Source of the DNA: Cyanophora paradoxa CCMP329
Lineage: Eukaryota > Plantae > Glaucophyta
Length of the DNA: 64,000 nucleotides
Direction of reading: 5' to 3'
Assembly: GCA_004431415.1 (NCBI GenBank)
Contig: QPMI01000408.1
Coordinates: forward strand, 1,054,001 to 1,118,000
A program made the translations under genes and the position numbers. The notes beneath the pieces are model-generated. The model had not been told where the DNA came from, did no database searches, and saw nothing but the letters and a program-made list of their open reading frames with translations. Of the stretch, positions 49,501-61,500 are shown one piece after another. How positions within the stretch are numbered: the first letter of the stretch is position 1; the number at the start of each line of letters is the position of its first letter.

Positions 49501-52500
49501 ATAACGCTTTCCTTGAGGATCTGGCCTTCCGACGGGAGCCCTCTCTTGACTCTCGACGACGTCGCGGGTGGGTTGCTTAAAATAGTGTTTCGCCCTAGAT
49601 TCCCTCTGTTCGCCGACATGGCGGCTTGCCCTCGATTCATTTCTGAGATGCCTTAAATTTTGAGCTTATATATATATCGCTCCTTACAGCTTTATATATA
49701 TCGCTCCTTACAGCCTTATATATTCATTTCTGAGATGCCTTTAATTTTGAGCTTATGTATATCGCTCCTTACAGCTCGCTGGACGTATTCCGCCACGAAC
49801 AGCACGCCCGAGGGCTCACCGAGACCAGCCACGGTCACCGCAAGGCAAAATCCTTTGTTCGGAAACCTCGATCTGAGGCTCGTTACGACGAGCGTGTTCC
49901 GCCAGCAGGCGGCTCTGAGGTATCTAGATGTGTCTTGTGCTGCGCATGGAGCGAGCTGCAGCGCGCTCAAAGTCGCGGTCGTCTCGCAGGGCAGAGCTGA
50001 CCGCTTTTTCGGACATGAAAGCCGATCGGACAGTCATCGCGTCGTGCCCGTTCATCTCTTTTGACGGTTTTGGAGTGTGTAATGGAACGCGTCTGCCTGC
50101 CGGCGTTGCGGGCATCACTGTTTGCTCATTCCAGGTCAGATTTATGTTTCCTCTCCTCTAGATTCCAGAACTGTACACGGACGCGGGGCCGCCCAATCAG
50201 AGAGTGAACGAGCCCGATGCTCCTGAGTTAGTACAGTCGGATTTCAGGTAAATCAATTTTTATCGCCGCTGGCGTCCTCTCGAACGCGCTCACAAGTGCC
50301 CTCGCGTGGGAAGCTTGTCGTCGGACCAGTGGCAGATGGCTACCTTCTCCTTTATGGGGGCCAGGTCCCCGCCGCTTCCGCCCGGCTGCGAGCCTAACAA
50401 CGCGTCGTGCAACGCTCTGGGCCCTGTAGTCTTCGACTATAACCTCATCGGTCGCTCCGGATATTATGTCAGCCGTATCAAAGTCTCCGCGACGTGGCAC
50501 CAGGTTCGAACGGGGGCACTGCCCGGATCTGATGTGGCCGTGCCCGGATCTGCGCATGCTTTCACCGTGGAGTTCATCGACCCTAATTTCGTCTGCAATT
50601 CACGCGTCGTCCAAAACTTTACTGGCACGTGCACCATCTCGACGACATCTGTGCCCATCTACCCCAGCGACTTTAGCATCGATTTCTCGGGCGCCACAAT
50701 CACCAGTGTCTCCGCGAACCACTTGAAATTCAATTTTGTTTTTTCGAAGGTCTGCCCCCGATTAGTCTGCAGAGTGGGCTGCTTGAAGGTGGCTCGGATT
50801 AATACTCCCTGGACCAGCTGGCCTCGAGCCCCGCGTCGAACCTGGTTCTCAACTGGAATCCCTCGTGGCGTCCGGGCGTCTCTCTTTCCCCCGCGGCCAC
50901 GCGCTCGATCAAGGTCGGACCCCGTGAGCCGGGACCGGCCGCCAGCCCTCCGACGCCCCCCGCGCAGGTGGTGGCTTTGGACCAGGCGCGATCGGACTTC
51001 ATTCTCGCACTCGATCCCCTGGCGACGAAAATGGTCCTTCCCGATTTCGCGCATTCGAGTTTCGCGCGTGTTGCGATCGTAATGTCTTCCGCAGCAAGGA
51101 ATCTGCTCAATCGCCTACCTCCGCGATGCCGCCGGCCAGCTGCCATCCTACTTCAACGACTTCGACATCTCTTATTCTCCAGCCACGGGGGTTTTCGGAA
51201 CCCCAGTTGCCGGTCCCGCAGCTGGCGCGGACGGAAGCACGGTGCTTATCACTCCAGCCCAACCTGCACTCCACAATTGCAGCTGAATTTCCAGCCCCCC
51301 ACTCCGATTCCTCTTCTCCGCAGTATACGGTCAAGGTAGCGGGCTCCTATCAGCCGTTCAGCACGGTCAACTTCAAGTGGAAAACTTCCCTTGGCGTTCC
51401 GCCGGCGGAGCAAGGGAACCCAGCCACTGCGATGACATTCACCGTGTTCAAGGCGCGCGCCCTTTCCGAAGCAACTCGATATCCAGATCCGAAATCTGAC
51501 TCTCGCTCAACGTGCAGGTACCGCCCGTGCTAATGAGCTGCTACCCGGACGCTGTCGCCATCTCGGGGGTTCGTTTCCGATTCTCGGTCCTCGTCGATCA
51601 CTCTCTCACCTGCAAGCAGACGGGGAGCTCCGACATTGCGTGCTCGATCTGGGCCCAGAACTCGGCGCTCCCTGTGGCGCTTGAGGACCTCCCGGGGGCT
51701 ATCGCGAGCCCCGCGACGGCCGGAGTCCTGCAGACCATTCGGCAGGCGACTTGCAGCGCCAACTGCTCGGCGGCGGCCGCCGCCGCCGGCGCGGCCCCGG
51801 AGAACGGAGTCTACTGCTCTGCTCCCTGCAGCTACGGCGCATCTGTCTTCTTCAGCTTCGTCTACACTGCAAACCGCGCCGCAAACGTAGCCGCAACCGG
51901 CGGGGCGAGCTTGCAATTGCCCTTCGGTGCGCTCAACGATTGAAAAATTATTCCGCGATCTTCCTTTCACGTGCTGACCCCTCTGCAGACTTTAATTTCA
52001 TCAGGAACATAGACGGTTCTCGAAGAGACGCCGCCAGCATCTTTATTTCCTTCCTGAAGGTAGTTTTGTGTTTCAGAATTCCGCTCATGATCAGTCCAGT
52101 GGCGAATTTGTGTTACGCTTACAGGTGAATGTCACGTGCCCGTTCTCGCGTCTGGCCGTTGAAGGCAGTGCAATTTGTGTAATCAAACCCGTCGGAACGT
52201 CGGGTCCGGACCCCCCTCCCCCCTCCCTCTTTTCAAGCTCGTCTTTCTCGCCTAAGTCCTGGCCTGTTTTAGGTCCAATCAAATCGCCTTCGAACTTCGT
52301 CATCACGACCTCCACTCCAGATCTTTTAATCTCTGACTTTGTGGTAACCGACACTGTCAACGCTTCGGCTTCACAGGTCACCTTTGCCGCTGCGCTTTAT
52401 TCTCTCAAGATCTAGAGCCGTTCTGATCATGAGAGCTCTGCGGGGCAGATGACCTTCCGTGTCACCGCTGCCAGCCGCTCGACGTACATTTCCGGCCTGT

Positions 52501-55500
52501 CGGTCGATGTGTCGTACGCCGCCGCGCTGGGCGGGGGCACGGTCCCAGGCTCGCCTCTGCCGTTCACGGTCCTCGTGTCGGAAATCCAGTGCAGCCCGGA
52601 CACTCTTATCGGCCTCTTCGGCGAGACTCCGCAGTTCACAGCGTGTTCCTTGAGCCCCGCCGGAGACACGCCCGACATTGCGCTGAGCGACCTGGACGGT
52701 GCCTTTGCGGGGAGCCAGCCCGGGTACTTTCCGTACTCGAGCATCGCGGCAAACGGCACCGGCGTGAGCTTCCGTGTCACACCATTCCCGGCCGGCGTCT
52801 TTCCCATTCGAGCCCCGTTCCGCTCGCTGGGCGGTCCTGCACAAAACATCACAGTCACTGGCATCAAGGCCCTGAACTGCACGCCAGAGAGGTTTTCAAG
52901 GCCCTCCCCTGCTTGTTCGTTTTCCGATCATAACTCTGCCTCGAAGGGCTCTCCCCGGCGATACGGTTACGTGCGTCGCATCGAAGGGCGAAGGCCTTCC
53001 TGCGCTGTCCACGTCCACGTTCCTGCCACGCGCGACCTTCGGCACGGTGCGGGATCCTTCTTTTGACCTGAGTTTCTAGACTGACAGCCGGCCGCAGATC
53101 GACACGAGCTCGTACGCCACCACAGCAGACGGCGACCTGACATTCAACTATGTAGCCGCGCTTGGCAGAGGCAGCTCGGACCCGGGGGCCCAGATATACA
53201 TGCTCTACGCGCCAGGGGTGACGAGCCTGACCGGCGAGCGGAAGGCGGTGTTTACCTACGTGGCCGTGGTCTCTGTGGACGTGAGTTGCTCGTGCTCTCA
53301 ATCCGGGCTGGCGGGGTCGGAGTGCCGCATCCGCACCGGCCACGTGTACTCCTGCACCGGTGCACCCCGCCCCGCTCGACTCGATTTCATTTCAATATCA
53401 GCGGTCTTCTAGCTCTGACTCGCCGTCAAACTCTCCTTGCCACGGTCTCGCGCAGTTTCTGGCAGGGCAGGCTCGGCAGTCCCCATCCTAAGCGACCTCG
53501 CCTTTGGCAGCTGGACACTGACGAATCTATCTGCGATCGTGAACCCCGCGGACTACTTCACGCTGTATCCGCCGCTCCAAACCGCGGATGGCGTCGTCCT
53601 CTCTGGCAAAGCACTGAACAGTCCAGTCGATCTCCTCCAGTGCAGTCTCTCCGTTCTCGGCCGCCCCACTACCGATGGTTCTGTTCGAATCACCATCCTT
53701 CGAGGTACATTTAATTCGAAACATGTAATCTCGTTTTTTGTCACTGCCCATGTGACCGTGCGGACCAGCGATGAACCTCGAGTGTATGGAGCGACTCCCA
53801 GCTGGCATAGCCACTCCGTGCTTCGTCTGGCCCACCGATGGCACCCCGGCGCTTCGTGCACAGGACATACGCGTTCTGGTGAACTCCACATTGGCGCCAG
53901 GCATTTCGCTGGGCGCGGTCAGCGTCTTCAACGGAACCTGGCCGCCTGCGCGCGGAAGTCACAGGCAGGGGCTGACTTTCACCCTTACGTCGATCCGGCC
54001 GCCGAACCTTAAGTTGAAGGAGACGGCCGGCGCATTCCCCGTGAACGTGTTCTGGTCCGACGCCACGATGGGCTTGGGGACCCTCACGACGACCGCAGCG
54101 GCCGACAGCCCGACGGGATTCGCGATGGCTAAGAACCCGCAGGAAATCTGGTCATCGCCCTGGCGGCCTGCCGTGGTCCACGTCAAGCAAATTACGTGCG
54201 GCGACCTTGGGCAAGGCCCTACGCTCATCACCGGGCGTGGCACTACGGGGGTGCCGGGCTCGTATGTGAACTGCACTTTGACGATGGAACCGGATCTCGG
54301 CATGGTATCTGTCACAGACTTCTACGTCGTGGGGAGCGCCTGGCCAGTTGGGCAGGATCCCCTTGTTCAGTTTGAGGAGTGTTCGAGTCCAGGCGTCAAT
54401 CTCACGGTCTGCATCGACCAGAAGCAAACATCTGCAATACTACCTTGGGTAACATATCCTGACGAGCGCTGGTGGTTTGGTGATTACGGCCTTTTCGGTC
54501 AATACCAAGCCATGGAACGATCCGTGTATCGAGACGACCAGGTTTGTTTGCTTTGCGCCTCGATATTGATCGCGCTCTTTTTGAAGCGATGGGCCTCAGC
54601 TATATGTCGTCGCAATGATCCGCGCCGGCGGGGCGATGAGCTCGAGCTTCCGCTGGGGCGGCCAGGGAACAATGCACCAGCATCAACCAATCCTGCTCGA
54701 TACTGCGAACAGCCAGCCAACCATCAACGTCCTTGAAGCTACAGCCCAGTGCGATCGGAACCGCGTTTATGTGCGTTCTGACAGTATAAATAATGTTACA
54801 TGTTTGCAGTATGCGTGAATGCAGCTGATAGCGCTGACCATCGAGATTCTGATGGACTGTTGCAGGTGGGAGACGCGGTGAACTGCTGGTACGAGGCAAG
54901 CGAGCGCTCTGTAAAACTGTACAGTGCTTTCTTCTCCGGACCCATTTACTTCTCTTCGCTCAAGGTGACCTATCTTTTTTCGCTTTTGAATTCTTGATCT
55001 GCCACCTTGCTTATGTAAGATGGCATCGCATTTAGTATGATCCCTCAAACACCGACTGCGTTCGCCATGGAGCCGCTTTTATTGGAAAGGGATGCGTTAT
55101 CGCTGAGTCCGGTGCCAAGGAAACCGGCAAGAATACATATACTTCTTGGGGAGACATCGCCCCCGAACTCGCTGGTACCACTACTAGCATTATCGGCACA
55201 ACGGGCGTCCAGCGGAGCAAGAATTTCAGGTGCTCCAGCCTTCGGCCCCTTGACCTCAAATCAGTACGGCTGGTGCCGACACGTCCGCAGCATTACGTTT
55301 GGCGCGCCGAGACGAATCGAGACGGTGACCATGCGGCTCCAGTTTGTGACCCAGACGTGCTGGACGCCCCAGTCGGAGACCGACACAACTGGGGTTAGGT
55401 GCACGCGCTACGTGGACGTGTCCGTGTCCGTGATTCAAGGCAAATTTCGCCCTGCCAACTTATATGATTAGATTCCAATAAAACTCGTGTAATTTGTGCG

Positions 55501-58500
55501 TGCTCGTGTGTGCGCAGTGCACTCCAAGGTCTTCGAGTGCACCCCCAATCCGAAAGGCTACGGCTCCGGGAGACCTGAGCTCCGGAGGATTTGGTTGAAT
55601 GCGCCGTACAATCACACTTGCCGGATGCTCGAGAAGACGGTCGCGGACGGGCTTCTGAAGGGCACCGGGGATATCGAGGACAGGACCGTCGTCAGCGTTG
55701 CGGACGAGAGCGTCGCCAGCCTGCGCTCCTCCGACTTCAATTGGACAGCCGTTGTCAAGCCCGCCTCGGGCTCGTCGGTCCCTCCGTGGCTCGTGCTCCC
55801 TCAGCAGGATTCGCAGGGTTCTAGCGCCGCATCGGTGGCCCAGGTGCGAAGATCCCATCGCACCACAGGTCTCGTTTCTCTGCGCATTGAAGTCCCTCTC
55901 TGCAGTTTGTGATCATTCCGAGCGCTGTTTCGCGGAAGGGAGGTTACCAGTTCGGATTCCCCATCTCTCCCGCTGTGAGCCCTGCAAATTCAAGAAATCC
56001 CCCCGAGTACACGGACTACCACATCGTCGACGGAGAAATCACCCAATGCCCTATTCCGGCAAACGCGATCCTTTATGCCGGGTACTACGCGTATTCAATG
56101 CCGGCCACCACGAACGGGTGCTGGGTGTCCACCAAGGGGACGGAGGCCGTCGCCACCAACCTGGACGCGGTGTACGTGTCGGAAATAATTGGGGAGAACA
56201 CACCGGGACGAAACCCTATCAACATGTTTCTTTGGAACAAGGATTGGACCGACGCTGCCTATACCAGGTCAGAACATCGGAAGCGTGCTGATTCCGACAG
56301 CTCCTAAAAGACCTTATCGCAGTTTGGCCCCCAAATCTGTTGAAATCGGCCTTTTCGCCGACGTCGGAGAGTACCGCGAATCTTGGATGACGGTAAACCA
56401 GCCACATATTCTAACTATTCAGCCTTCGGCCTTTCGGCTATCCTCAAAGGCGCGATGCCCAGATTGGATTTACGGCTGCATCATGGGCAATGGCGAAAGT
56501 CTTGAGGTCCGTCCGTAGCCGTTGGTGATGCAGATGATGATCTTAAACTTGTAATGGACAGAAACGTCACGGTGAAAGCGGTGGTGGATTACCGGACGAC
56601 ATGCGAGCCTCGGCTCCGTATCAGAGCCGGTCTGCACGTGCACCGAAATGCTCTTTTGTTCCTTACGAAGTTCTGACAATTCGGAAGGCATGACAATCAC
56701 CTGCACTCTGGCTCCCTACAAGGTTGACAACCAAATTCGGGGGCCCATCCTGCCTAGAGCAGCTATAACAGGCCCCTTCAAGCTCACAGGGTTTGAGGGC
56801 ACGCTCTCAGCAACGCTCTCGACGCCCGCGCCAGCACTCCCGCAGTTCCCCGAGGGCCGAAACTGCGCATCGGAGTGGTGTTCGTGCACCGGCAGCACGT
56901 GCTACCCGTACTACACCTTCACGTGCGCCCCGTTCAGAATTAGCTTTGGTTTCGTTTGAAGCCGCGTTCGCGTTGGGCCGACCTGGGGTGCAGGTACACC
57001 GCGCTGGCAACAATTACGAAGGCGACGAACTCTTTCTACTTCAACCTGAACTTCGCGGACCCTGCCGCCTTGGCGCAGCCACTGACGAGCATCTCGACCA
57101 GTGCGAACGAAAACGTCAAGGCCGACCGCGGGCGGGACATTGCGATCAGCATCATTGCAGCGACGACATTCGACTGCAAGCCGAGAAAAGTCGCAACATG
57201 CCAAGAGTCCGGCACAAACCGCGGTGCGAGTTTTTGCGCGGACCGGCTCAGTCGGCAGCATTAGTTAATTCTGACAACGGCCGCCCGATCGCAAACCCAG
57301 GGTGTTACTTCAGCTGCTGGATTTCGAAAACAACGGCCTCTGGAAAGCTCGCTGGTGAAGATCTGGCCCTAACGTTGTGTGCCCTCTTTGCAGAATCTCC
57401 ATGCAGCACTTTAATTTGTCTGGAATCCATTTGAGCGGGCGGCTGCGGCAGGTCTTCGGGTACTGGAGGATTCCAACCTATCTTAGAGGGCGAAAGCGAG
57501 TCGGGTAATCAAGGTGAGTCGACACACTAATACTCCCCCCTCCTCCTTTCCTTCCAACCCCCAGCCCCTCCACCGTTTCTGCAAATACGAAAGGCACGCT
57601 CCATCTCACATGTTCTCCTTTATCACTAGGTTCTTTTGCGTGGAAAAGTTCTAGCAGTGGGACCTGGGATTGGGATCAATTCGATACGGTCCGTTCGTTT
57701 TGTGGACTCTTGACATCTTCTCTGCGCTCTGAACCAAAACGGCGTGTTGCAGATCAAATGGTCTCTGGAGTCTAAGCAGGGTGGAAGATTTAATATCGCG
57801 GCTAAGTACACAATCGACGATTCTCTTGTTCCGGGCGCTTCGATTGCTATGACCTCGGTGGAAGGTTTGTTGGCCGCATTTTATGATTGCCTTAAGCTTA
57901 CCGTACCAACGCAAAGCACCCCATGTAACAACGCAAATTCGCGCAGCGAAAGTCTCGGAACGCATCGTAGAGGACGGGAACGTACGCATGCCCATCGACG
58001 TTCTCGCCGCTGACTCGAACTACCACTTTTACATCGCGCCGTCGGGCGACACGAACGCCGCGGACCTGGCACTCGCAGACTTTGTCGTGTGTCTCGGAAC
58101 GGTCAGCTCTGACGGCACGTGCACAACTAACACGGGCTACGCTTTTATTGCGACGGGTCCCGGTTACACATATGTCGAGTCCACCACGGCACTTCCCGCA
58201 GGCTACACGTATTACCCTCCCGGTGTGCCTCTTTCCTTTTCCAGTTATGCAGTCTGGATTTGAATTCGATATCGATACACTCTGGCAGGCAACCCGTCGG
58301 CGGCAACACGCATGCTCCGCTTTACCGTGTCAACGAATCTTAAAACAACCCCCATGCCTGCGACGGTGGAGCATTACCTGGTGGTGAGCTACGCCAAGAC
58401 ACTATACTACGACACTAGTCTTGCAACGGACACCTACTCTCCGTACACGAGTACTTTCAGCAGTTTGTCGACAACTCGCGGGAAGAGCTCCCTAGGCCTC

Positions 58501-61500
58501 ATGGGGGCCCCCGTGGATTGCAGGCCGAAAGACTATGACCGTGTAGTCTATAAGAAGCGGGTCATCGTTTTCAAGGTCGGTGTAGCTATATATAGTTTGT
58601 ATCCACCGGTCAGAAGGACTCTGCTGACCGCTCTTGCCGCAGCTTGGATCCATGAAGTGCAATGATCGCACAATCACCACAACAGGCACTACAGTTAACA
58701 ACTACTGGTCAGAAAGCAGCCCGCAAAATACGCCCATGCGCTACAGGTCATGCGTCGGGTGCATCATCGAGTGCCGGTTGATGCCTCCGAACCCGTTCAC
58801 GACATCCGTGGGGCATGGGCTGGTCGCCAGTGACTTCACGTTCACCCTCACTGGACTAACAGAGCTGCGCAAGGAAACCGCCTGGTTCGAAGACCTCGTA
58901 TCCGCGAAAGAGGTCCAAGGCGTCCTTGCGGTCTTCCGCGTGGATGCCTCTACTGCCTCGATCATGCCGAAGTACAGCATGGTGACGAACGCCGACACGG
59001 CCAACGCGTTGGCGGCCGCAGTGACAGTGTACACCCAGTCGCATTCGTACAGCTGCATCTCGACGTCCTCGACGGGGGGGCGCTGCCGCGTCGCCAAGGG
59101 CGGCGAGACGCGCATCTCCATAACGGTGCACCCGGTCCACGCCGCGCAGCTGTAAGATAAGAAGCGCCTAACGAATTGCCCGCAGCGGAATGTTTTGACG
59201 CCGGCGACTCCAATCACCGCCGTCGGGAACGATGCTTACGTCACCTCTCCCAACGTGAAAGGCATTTTCGCGCAGTACAAGGGGACGGATATGTGGGCTG
59301 GCACCAGTGACTGGTGCGCGCGCTCGGTTGCAATCATCTGGAGCAATTGCGCATGCGTGCATGTGGCCGCCGCACTACGGTATTCTCATGGTCCGAATGC
59401 AGGTGCTGCGATCCGAACGATGCCGAATATGGAGGTTGTGCCTTTTGCTCAGGCTCTTCATGCGCGTCCTGGTACCCAAAATATGGAACTCCGGGCTATA
59501 TGTGCAAGTTCAGCATTGGTACGCCCACCATGAAAACATCTGCATTATAATGCGTCGCGTCTGCAGTATAGATATAATATTCAGATAATTTCTCATGTGT
59601 TCCATTGGCTGATTCCGAATTTTGCAGAGCAACAACGTAGCGTGCGAGCAACAACTACAGGCGATTGGGCAGTCAATATCACGGGTGAGGTGGAGGGCGG
59701 GGCTGGAATCGCCAAGCTTTACTACTACGCTGGGTCTGACCTGACCGACCGAAAGTGGACCAATCTCGGAAACAATTACCACGGCGCCGTGGCTGCCGAG
59801 GTTCCCGTCGACGTGCTAGCGCTCGACTACGAATCGCTCTCGTGCAACCGACTTCGCGTTGCGGCGAACGCGACAATCTCCTGCCGGGCGGTCATCGCTG
59901 CCGGCTCGCCCGATGTCTCTGCGTCCGATTTCCTATTCGGCACCTCCGTGGCGAGCCAGTTCGCGCTCTCGGGGAGCATTTCCTTGAATCAGACGGCGCC
60001 CAAATCGGTCGTTTTCACAGCCAGGGCCGCCACTCGCGTCATTCAGAAGGAGGCGGGCGTCTACCTCTCTTGGGCGCTCGCGCTTGACAAGTACCAGAGC
60101 CAGGCCGTACGGCCGCTCAACATCGCAGTGATTCGCGCGAACCTCAGCTGCGACTACATTAAGGCCAATCTTCGAGATTTGATCACGTGCGGCCTCGTGG
60201 GATCAACGCCCAACATCGGGATGGAGCTCCGGACGAGCGACTTCGGCGCCCCCAAGGCCGTCAGCGCAACCGGCACCGTTCTGACCACCACCAACCTTTT
60301 CGCGGACGCTAACGGCGGGGTGAGACGCATGCACACACGTGCTCATATTGTGCTGGCCGAGACCGATTAATGGGTTTTGCCCAGGTCGGTTTCAACGTGA
60401 CCGGGACGCTCGGTGTTCAAGGGGTTATCACCGTCAGCATTTCGTACAGCGATGCGATCGGAGGGACCCTTGTCGGCACAGTCGCCGTCCCGTCCCCAAT
60501 CCTTTCAATGCTGGTCAGTGAAACGCAAAAGCATGCTACTGAAGCGAGATCTAGAGCGTGACTTACCATCTCCCCGTGCGTCCAGAATTGCTCGAGGACC
60601 GTTCTAGGGCTTCGAGAGACAATGCGTTGCGACGTGACAAAAGAGACGGGCTCTATAGACTTCACCAAGGATAATTTCATCGTTGACTACGACGGGCCCG
60701 TCGGCACAGTGAGCAAAACCTTTGGCATCCGAGCGCGATACCTTTGCGGGCGTTGCTGAAGGAGCGCAGGTCAACATCACCAACATCGCGAACCAGCCTA
60801 CCTCGACTTCGAAGAACAAGTTCTCGTTTGATGTAAGGGCGCTCGTTCTCGAGAACTTGGGCGCAGTGACGGTTGCGAACAAAGAGGCCCCCGATTTCAA
60901 GGACACGTGGACCACCAACATCACGTCAGGCCTTACGGTGCGACCAGCACCTCCGCCCCCAAAATAACACATATATATGTTTTGTAAGCGTCCAACCCGC
61001 AGTTCGCTTGCCCTTTGACGCGAATGGGCGTTGGACAAACGGTCAACTGCGCAGCGGCCGCCTCCGTTGCTCTCCTGCGCACTGACATTAAAGCCGGACG
61101 TTCCTCGACGGGCGCGTTCTCGTTCGGACCGCTCGTGTTCCAGTCGTCGACCTTCAAACTCCCGATGACGGCCCTCAGCGGGTCTCTCCGCGAGGCAGTT
61201 TCCGTTGTCCTGCCCACCGACGATGGGGTCGTTCCCTTCGTCATCGACGTCCCCGCGGCAACGTCCATTGCCTGCACGCCGTCCGCGGGCCCTACAAGGC
61301 TTCTCTTAGGAACGAACGCGCGCTGCACGCTGCTCAAGTCCCCCTCTTCGGCCCCTCTCCTGGTCACGGATTTTATCTTCACAGTGACTGGGGGCGCTTC
61401 GATCAGCACGATTGAAGAGGACGGCAGCGGCAGCCTCAACTTCACTTACGACGGAAGCGTGCTGTGCGGCACCTCCGGCTGCGAAGTCTCGGTGTCGTAC

